Part shown: piece by piece, positions 1 through 6,093 of the stretch
Layout: the number at the start of each line of letters is the position of its first letter
Position numbering within the stretch: the stretch's first letter is position 1
Origin: Thermoproteota archaeon
GTDB lineage: Archaea > Korarchaeota > Korarchaeia > Korarchaeales > Korarchaeaceae
Assembly (NCBI GenBank): GCA_027491415.1
Contig: JAOZFH010000040.1
Span: 1 to 15,273 of the forward strand
Length of the DNA stretch: 15,273 bases
Direction of reading: 5' to 3'
Notes under the pieces: generated by a model
Database searches by the model: none
What the model saw: the letters and a program-made list of their open reading frames with translations, nothing else
Told to the model about the DNA's origin: nothing
Translations under genes and position numbers: made by a program

Positions 1-18
1 ATGGCTGAGGGTTGTCTG

Positions 19-955
19 GTGGAGTATAGAACGATCGGTAAGAGTGACCTAAGGGTCTCCGTGGTCGGGCTGGGGACCTGGCAGTTCGGCACGGAGGCGT
101 GGGCTTCGGCGCAGACTTCACCGAGGAGGACGCCAGGGGAGTATTAGAAAAGGCTCTCGAGCTCGGAATTAACCACATAGACACGGCGGAGGTCTACGGG
201 AAGGGCAAGTCAGAGGAGATAATTGGAGAAGTACTCGCTGACCGTCGAGACGAGGCCGTCATCACAACCAAAGTCTCAGGGGCTTACCTCAGGTACAGGG
301 ACGTGAAGAGAGCTGCTGAAAGAATCCTGCGCAGGTTGAGAACCAAGTACATAGATCTATACCTCGTCCACCGGCCCAACTACTACATTCCCCTAAGGGA
401 GACCACGAGGGCCCTAGAGGACTTGGTGGAGGAGGGCAAGGTCAGGTACGTCAGGGTCAGCAACTTCCCCGTGTGCATGATGGAGGGGGCGAGGTCCTAC
501 CTCAACAGGACAGACCTGGCGGCGAATCGGGTGAGATACAACTCCTCCAGAGGGAGATCGAGACCGAGATACTCCCGTACCTGAGGAGGGAAGGGCTGAC
601 TCTACTCGCTTACAGTCCCCTCGCCAGGGGGCTGCTCACAGGGAAGTACACCGTTGACAACATTCCAGCCGACGCAGTTTGAAGTGGGGACCCCCTGTTC
701 AGCAAGGAGGAAAACCTGAGGGCCGCCCTGAGGGTCGTGGACGTGCTGAGGTCCATAGGGGAGAGGTATGGAAAGACTCCGGCTCAGGCTGCGATCAACT
801 GGCTGCTGAGGGACCCGTCGGTCGTCGCCATTGTCGGGGCTAAGAGACCAGATCAGATCGTTCAGAACGCAGGCGCCGCAGGCTTCAAGCTCACAGAGGA
901 AGAGGCCCGGAGGATAGATGAGGTCACCTCGAACATCTGCTTGGACTACTTCTGA
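19..955 (+). pseudogene. Aldo/keto reductase pseudogene (two single-base frameshifts plus an in-frame TGA)
   Basis: Frame 1 from GTG 19 (GAGGG upstream; ATG at 1 is also in frame) reads MEYRTIGKSDLRVSVVGLGTWQFG. It shifts at ~100 into GINHIDTAEVYG..TTKV..IDLYLVH, shifts again at ~541 into LLQREIE..LAYSPLARGLLTGKY, hits TGA at 680-682, then continues in the same frame through TPAQAAINWLL..IVGAKRPDQI to the stop at 955. All are typical AKR motifs. Confidence 0.93.
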
Positions 956-993
956 GGTCCTCGAGGGCCCCTTCTTGACCCTTTTGATGGGCC

Positions 994-2235
994 TCATCCC
1001 AGGTAGGGGGGCATCCCGACATCCTCCTTTTTCTCCGCTTCTTCCTCCCTCATGCTGAGCTTCTTCCGTGCCACCGACAGGAGTCTAGAAGAGACCATGG
1101 CCGGAGAGATTGTTCCGGCCAGCACTATGACCTCCGGCCTAGACGATAGGCGCTCCAACACCTCTATCATCTCCGCGGTGAATGTGTCGAATGCTGACGC
1201 GAGGTCGGCGCTCATGGCCGACTTGATCAGCTCTGTGGGCAGCATGAACTCGACGCCCTCCAGGTAGACGACGGCTGGCCCCCTCAAGGAGTCGGCGAGC
1301 GCCTTAAGCTCCGTGACGACCCCCTCCATGTTCTCCCTCATGGCGTGCACGCTGACTAGCAGGAGCTTGGCCTGGGCCTCGGAGGCTATCAGCTTGGCGA
1401 GAGATCTGCCCTCCATTGGACTCTCGTCCGGAAGGTCAACAACCACTAGGTGGGGTCCCTCCGCGTGAATGAGCTCCTTCACCATCTCTGTGGCCCTCTG
1501 TGCAAGGGGCCCCACGGCCTCTCTATCCTCGGAGGTCAGCTCGGTACCCACCTCCTCGATCGGCGGCACGGGTACGGGTTCAATGACGTGCCTGAAGCCC
1601 TGATCCTCCAGCATTGCCCTAAGGAAGGATTCCATGAGCTCTAGCTTCCCCAGAAGCTTCTGGTCGCTCACCTTCGGCTTGATGAGCAGTATGGCTGTCT
1701 CTGCGACCTTGGCGGCCTCCACGCTCCTGATGAAGACGCTGTACAGCGTCATGCCCCCAAGAAGTTCGATTAGACACTCCAGTCTCTCTGACTTGTCGGC
1801 CTCCTCAGCGATCCTCAGCGGGTCCAGCTGAGTGTCCAAGATTACGTCTATCAGGTACTCGTCGAGCCGGGTAAACGCCAAGAGGGCCATCAGCTTGAAC
1901 GGACCTAGGGAGCTGACGGACTCGCGCCTGTTGAGGGGGATCCTGTACTCCCTCACGAACTCTATGCCACCTGCCGTCGTCTCCAGGCAGGTCATCCTGG
2001 TCATGTAGAAGCAGGGCTTCACGACTCCCTTGACCCTGAGTACGTCCCCCGGAAAGAAGTAGTACGGGGTCACCCTCACGACTACGGTCAGCCTGCCAGT
2101 CCCGTCTTCCAGAACCAGGCGCTCGTAGGTCTCCTCGCCAAGTTTTGCGGTTGGAAGAACCTCCACTATTTTTCCCTCGATCTGAACCTCTGCGCCCTTC
2201 TTTATCCTGCCTTCGAGGATCTCAGCCATCTTCAT
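994..2235 (-). CDS. OB-fold nucleic-acid-binding domain fused to a degenerate (probably inactive) AAA+ ATPase-like domain
   Basis: The N-terminus VQIEGKIVEV..RLVLEDGTGRLTVVV..PGDVLRVKGVV is an RPA/tRNA_anti-type OB-fold. The C-terminus LAKLIASEAQAKLLLVS..GPAVVYLEGVEFML..VIVLAGTISPAMVSSRLL follows the classical AAA layout but lacks GKT and DE. The ORF track starts at 2271; ATG 2235 with GGGAG upstream is the likelier start. Confidence 0.65.
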   Translation of the reverse strand: MKMAEILEGRIKKGAEVQIEGKIVEVLPTAKLGEETYERLVLEDGTGRLTVVVRVTPYYFFPGDVLRVKGVVKPCFYMTRMTCLETTAGGIEFVREYRIPLNRRESVSSLGPFKLMALLAFTRLDEYLIDVILDTQLDPLRIAEEADKSERLECLIELLGGMTLYSVFIRSVEAAKVAETAILLIKPKVSDQKLLGKLELMESFLRAMLEDQGFRHVIEPVPVPPIEEVGTELTSEDREAVGPLAQRATEMVKELIHAEGPHLVVVDLPDESPMEGRSLAKLIASEAQAKLLLVSVHAMRENMEGVVTELKALADSLRGPAVVYLEGVEFMLPTELIKSAMSADLASAFDTFTAEMIEVLERLSSRPEVIVLAGTISPAMVSSRLLSVARKKLSMREEEAEKKEDVGMPPYLG

Positions 2236-2275
2236 GCTCCCGCAAACCCCGGGGGGTGGATAACGTGTCACAGGA

Positions 2276-2980
2276 TTAAGTTTCGCCGCTGCCCCGGGGC
2301 TCGACTAGCGGCACTATCCGCTCCATCACGTACCTCACGAAGTTCTCTACCTCAGTGGCCGTGAACACCGTCACCACGCAGTTTCGCGTTACCCCCACCG
2401 TTAGGCCCCACTCTCTGTCCTCGAACACCACGTACCAGATCTTCCCGTGTTTGAGGTACTCTTGGTATAGGTTAGTGTCCGCCAAGGCCTCCCCGAACAG
2501 GGAGAGCTTCCTTATGTTGGGCAGGTCCACCTGGTCGAAGTACACCACCTTCGCGGCCTCCGGGTTGGATTCGTGGAGCTCCCTGAGGGTCTCGTGGGAT
2601 ATTTTGGCCTCCACTATCCCTCCCGAGCCCAGCAGAAGAGCGTTGGAGAGGAGAGACGCTGCGGCGTTTGCCTTGGGTCTCTTCGCCAAGATCAGCAGCA
2701 TGGGCCCGCTATCAGTCCAGAACATGATGAAAGGGATCACTCGGGCCGAGACCTCGTACCTGACCCCTTCCCTACCGAAGAGGGGTACCAGGTACTCCTC
2801 GTACAGCTCCCCCCAGACCTCCGCCTCCCTGACGGTCTTCACATCCACCTGAGTCCTGAGCGTGAACTCCTCACCCCCGTGGGCCACGGACCGCTCCACC
2901 CTCCACCCCCTGAGCTTCTCCGCCGCGAGCTCCGGCGCCATGTCGCCTTCGACCCTGAAGATCTTCCCCACGAGAACCAT
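2276..2980 (-). CDS. Uncharacterised alpha/beta protein (234 aa)
   Basis: ATG start, normal composition, 68 bp from the divergent SMC start and co-oriented with the OB-AAA gene. It has conserved-looking segments (VVYFDQVDLPNIRKLSLFG..LADTNLYQEYLKHGKIWYVVF), but I cannot name a family. Confidence 0.8.
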   Translation of the reverse strand: MVLVGKIFRVEGDMAPELAAEKLRGWRVERSVAHGGEEFTLRTQVDVKTVREAEVWGELYEEYLVPLFGREGVRYEVSARVIPFIMFWTDSGPMLLILAKRPKANAAASLLSNALLLGSGGIVEAKISHETLRELHESNPEAAKVVYFDQVDLPNIRKLSLFGEALADTNLYQEYLKHGKIWYVVFEDREWGLTVGVTRNCVVTVFTATEVENFVRYVMERIVPLVEPRGSGET

Positions 2981-2998
2981 GACCTCGTCAACGATGGT

Positions 2999-3014
2999 CG
3001 GGGCAAATTGAAAA
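2999..3014. promoter_or_regulatory. Putative BRE/TATA core promoter in the divergent intergenic region
   Basis: CGGGGCAAATTGAAAA is the only AT-rich tract between starts 2980 (-) and 3049 (+). A near-identical motif occurs at 11733. Confidence 0.5.
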
Positions 3015-3048
3015 GGCTGCCCTGAACAGTGTATGAGAGCGGGGTGCG

Positions 3049-4773
3049 GTGGAAAGACTGGAGCCAGGCGGGACCTACATTAAGGAGGTGGTGCTGGAGA
3101 ACTTCATGTCTCATGAGTACTCAAGGATCCCGTTCAGACCTGGACTGAACCTTATCGCGGGCCCGAACGGGGCCGGGAAGTCGTCCATCGTCTTGGCAAT
3201 AGCCGTGGCGCTGGGTCAGACGAGAACCGAGAGGTCCAAGAGGCTCAGGGACCTGATCAGGAGAGGTCGAGACCTCTCGAGGGTCACCGTGGTATTTGAC
3301 AACAGCCCCGTTGAGGGGAGGCGGCCGATCCCGTGGTTCAGGGAGGACGAGATAAGGGTCTCTCGGTACATCCGAGCGGACGGAACCTACTGGTTTGAGC
3401 TGAACTACAGGACGGTCGACAAGTACGAGCTGACCAGCAGGCTGGCCAAGATGGGAATAGACCCGGACAACATGCTCGTCATCATGCACCAGGGTACCAT
3501 GGCGGAGTTCATCTCGATGAGCCCCACCGAGAGGCTGGTCATGGTTGAGGAGGCGGCCGGGCTCCACGAGTACAGAGAGAGGGTACTCCGGGCCATGAGG
3601 AAGATGGCCGGAGTCGAAGAAGAAGTCTCGAAGACCCAAGATCTCCTCAGGAGAGCTGAGGAGACCCTTGGGATTTGGAAGGCCAGGTACGAGAGGCTCT
3701 TGGAGAGGAGGAGGCTCGAAGAGAGGGCCGCAGAGTTGAGGGCAGAACTCGCCTGGGCAAAGTATGAGAGGCAGAGGGAGTTCATGAATCAGCTGGAGGT
3801 CGAGCTGGAGTCGACCGAGTCGGAGGTTGGGGAGGTAGAGAGCCAGATTGCCCGGCTGAGCGAGGTCCTCGCAAGGCTGGAGGAGGACTTCCGTGCGGTG
3901 GGCTCCACGCCCTCCGCTGGGGAGTGGAGCGAGGTGTGGAAGAGGATCCTCGACCTGCACGAGCGGATAGTGGACTCGGCGGTTCGGCAGGCCATACTGG
4001 AGTACAGGCTCAGGGAGCTCAGAGCTGCCGCCTCGCGCCTCCGAAGTAAGCTTAAGAGGGCGAGATCTGAGCTGGAGAAGCTGGAGGCCGAGGCGAAGTC
4101 GGTTGAGCGGCCCGCGGATCGGCTGAGGGATCCGGACGAGATCCTGGAGGAATTCAGATTGGTCGGAGCCCGGCTGGCGTCGCTCGGAGACGTCTCCGAC
4201 GATGTCGAGAGGATGTACCACCGTTACCTCCAGACCTACAAAGAGATCCGGGAGAGGCTCAATCGGCTGGAGGAGAACAGAAGGGAAATACTGGAGGCCC
4301 TCCAGGAGAGGGCCGAGTTCTGGAGGCGCGCCGTGAGGAGGCTCGTGTCTGAGGTCGACGAGGAGTTTCGGGAGATCCTCGGCAGGCTGGGCGGGGTCGG
4401 GTACGTCCGGCTGGTCGACGGAGAGGAGGTTGAGTCTGCAGGCCTCGAGGTGGGCGCGGGGTTCAGGGGGATGGACCCCGTTCCGCTGGAGTCCAGAGCG
4501 CTGAGCGGCGGTGAGAGGGCCACCACCGTTGTGGCGTTCATGCTGAGCCTGCAGAGGCACGTCAAGTCTCCGATTAGGATCATCGACGAGTTCGACGTTC
4601 ACATGGATCCCGCGCGCAGGGAGGTGGCTCTCAGGGAGTTCGCCAGGGTCCTGTCCCAAGCCGGTGGGCAGAGCATCCTCGTCACGCCAGGACCTCCTCC
4701 GAGGGTCGAGGGTCCGGTTCACCTCGTGTTCGTCCAGAGAGTCGGGGAAGCCTCCAGGGTGGCTGGAGCATGA
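3049..4773 (+). CDS. Short hinge-less SMC-family ATPase, SMC5/6-related (coalescin/ASRP-like)
   Basis: Motifs: IKEVVLENFMSHE, Walker A GPNGAGKSS, Q-loop IMHQG, a long coiled coil, signature LSGGE, Walker B/D-loop SPIRIIDEFDVHMD and H-loop position QSILVTP. It is 574 aa, with no hinge domain and no cysteine. Confidence 0.95.
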   Translation: MERLEPGGTYIKEVVLENFMSHEYSRIPFRPGLNLIAGPNGAGKSSIVLAIAVALGQTRTERSKRLRDLIRRGRDLSRVTVVFDNSPVEGRRPIPWFREDEIRVSRYIRADGTYWFELNYRTVDKYELTSRLAKMGIDPDNMLVIMHQGTMAEFISMSPTERLVMVEEAAGLHEYRERVLRAMRKMAGVEEEVSKTQDLLRRAEETLGIWKARYERLLERRRLEERAAELRAELAWAKYERQREFMNQLEVELESTESEVGEVESQIARLSEVLARLEEDFRAVGSTPSAGEWSEVWKRILDLHERIVDSAVRQAILEYRLRELRAAASRLRSKLKRARSELEKLEAEAKSVERPADRLRDPDEILEEFRLVGARLASLGDVSDDVERMYHRYLQTYKEIRERLNRLEENRREILEALQERAEFWRRAVRRLVSEVDEEFREILGRLGGVGYVRLVDGEEVESAGLEVGAGFRGMDPVPLESRALSGGERATTVVAFMLSLQRHVKSPIRIIDEFDVHMDPARREVALREFARVLSQAGGQSILVTPGPPPRVEGPVHLVFVQRVGEASRVAGA

Positions 4774-5525
4774 GCAGGACCTCGAGGACCAGGAGGGAGC
4801 TATTCGAGAGGATTCTGGAGCTTGTGCGAGAGGTCTTCTCGGGCAGGGTGGATCCATTCGACGTGAACGTGGTTCAACTCGCCTCTAGGCTCAGGGAGGA
4901 ATTCCCACGCCTCAGAGGGTGGGACGAGATCAATCTCGACCTCGAGGCGATGATCGGACTGGCGGGAGTCGTCGAGAGGCAGGGGGAGTGGATCGAGCAC
5001 CGGGCCTCTCGACTCTTCGTAGACCCCCTCCTCGTCGCGCTGAAGGTCGAGGTCATGGACCTGAAAGAGCTGGCCAGGATGTTCCTCAGGGCGTGGAGAC
5101 CGATCGTAGAGGCCAGGGGCGTCACTCCCGCCTTCCTGGAGGCTGCCATCAGTTACTGGCTCGAACTCCCACCCGCCTCAGGGAGGGGGGAGGCGCTGCC
5201 GGAGCCCAGAGGGGAGCAGGACTTTGAGCCACTCTGGAAGGAGGAGGAATTCGAAAAGAGGCTGATGCTCGAGGCTAGACGCCTCCAAATGGCGCTCGAC
5301 GAAAGGGAGGGGGAGATCAGCTACTCAGACTATCTGAGAGGGAAAGATCCGTGGGATTCCGCAGAGCGAGCTTATTTGCTCAGCTTTCTGATCTCGGACG
5401 GCGTGGTGTCAGTCAGGCGGGACCCGGCTACCGGTGAGCTCTTCCTGGTTCGACCCCGCGGCTCAGGCGACTCCGCAGAGTCCGTCGTCACCTGGCTGGA
5501 CATCGGCGGTGAGGGTCATGGGTGA
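4770..5525 (+). CDS. Kleisin (ScpA/Nse4-like)
   Basis: ATGA overlap with the SMC stop. The N-terminal ILELVREVFSGRVDPFDVNVVQL resembles the ScpA 'g.iDpwdidi' motif. The C-terminal AYLLSFLISDGVVSVRRDPATGELFL resembles the kleisin C-terminal winged helix. A Pro/charged linker lies between them. Confidence 0.85.
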   Translation: MSRTSRTRRELFERILELVREVFSGRVDPFDVNVVQLASRLREEFPRLRGWDEINLDLEAMIGLAGVVERQGEWIEHRASRLFVDPLLVALKVEVMDLKELARMFLRAWRPIVEARGVTPAFLEAAISYWLELPPASGRGEALPEPRGEQDFEPLWKEEEFEKRLMLEARRLQMALDEREGEISYSDYLRGKDPWDSAERAYLLSFLISDGVVSVRRDPATGELFLVRPRGSGDSAESVVTWLDIGGEGHG

Positions 5526-6093
5526 GGCGGAGGGAGGGGGCTCGGAGGACCTCAGGCGGAAGGTCAGGAGGGCGGCCCACATGCTGCTCCTCAGGAGCCA
5601 CGCAAAGCCCGGGGTGAAAGGGTGGGAGCTCAAGAGGGCGCTGGGGAAGGACTACAAGGTGGCTCTCCGCTTGCTGAACGAGGAACTCGCCGACATCGGA
5701 TTTAGGATCGTCGCAAAGGCGCCGGACGGTCGGGACGCGAGTGAGGAAGAGTACGGAGAGGCCACCTTCTACGTGACGTTTAGGGAGCCCCCGGACTGGC
5801 CGGAGATAAGGGGGTCTGGGTGGAGGATAGATGAGCTGGCTGCGCTGGCGGCCTGCGTGGCCCTGATATCGGCGAAGGGAGGTCGAGCGAGTAGGGAGGA
5901 GCTGGAAGACCTGCTAAAGTCAAAGCTGCCGGAATGGAAGGTTCCCGGCATCCTGACTAGGCTGATCAGGGCCGGATATCTCTCCGAGACGGATGAGGGG
6001 GTCGAGGTCGGCTGGAGGACGCGCGTTGAGATAGATGTCGAGCACCTGCTTAGACTCCTCCTCGGGTCCCGCGGCGCCTCCGGCGAGCGATGA
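5518..6093 (+). CDS. Putative KITE subunit (tandem winged-helix, ScpB/Nse1/Nse3-like), 191 aa
   Basis: ATG 5518 has GGTGAGGG upstream and overlaps the kleisin end. Two WH-like units: GVKGWELKRALG..LRLLNEELADIGFRIV and LAALAACVALI..ASREELEDLL..ILTRLIRAGYL..VEVGWRTRVEI. Its place after SMC and kleisin supports the call. Confidence 0.72.
   Translation: MGEAEGGGSEDLRRKVRRAAHMLLLRSHAKPGVKGWELKRALGKDYKVALRLLNEELADIGFRIVAKAPDGRDASEEEYGEATFYVTFREPPDWPEIRGSGWRIDELAALAACVALISAKGGRASREELEDLLKSKLPEWKVPGILTRLIRAGYLSETDEGVEVGWRTRVEIDVEHLLRLLLGSRGASGER

Noticed and set aside
680-682. In-frame TGA as possible selenocysteine or readthrough
   Set aside because: It is not at a catalytic Cys position, and the same gene carries two frameshifts and several damaging substitutions.
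956-990. Imperfect palindrome GGTCCTCGAGGGCC followed by short T runs between convergent genes
   Set aside because: It could contribute to termination, but it is short and expected by chance at this GC content.
2246-2256. CCCCGGGG palindrome upstream of the OB-AAA start
   Set aside because: Low-complexity 8-bp palindrome with no supporting context.
3121-4857. 578-aa antisense ORF spanning the SMC gene
   Set aside because: A shadow of the GAG/AGG/CTG-rich coiled-coil codons in GC-rich DNA. The product is Pro/Leu-rich with no motifs.
3049-6093. Wadjet (JetABCD) or Rad50/Mre11 assignment for the SMC operon
   Set aside because: No Toprim JetD, Mre11, NurA or HerA gene is nearby and there is no zinc hook. 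Gene order and sizes differ from jetABC.
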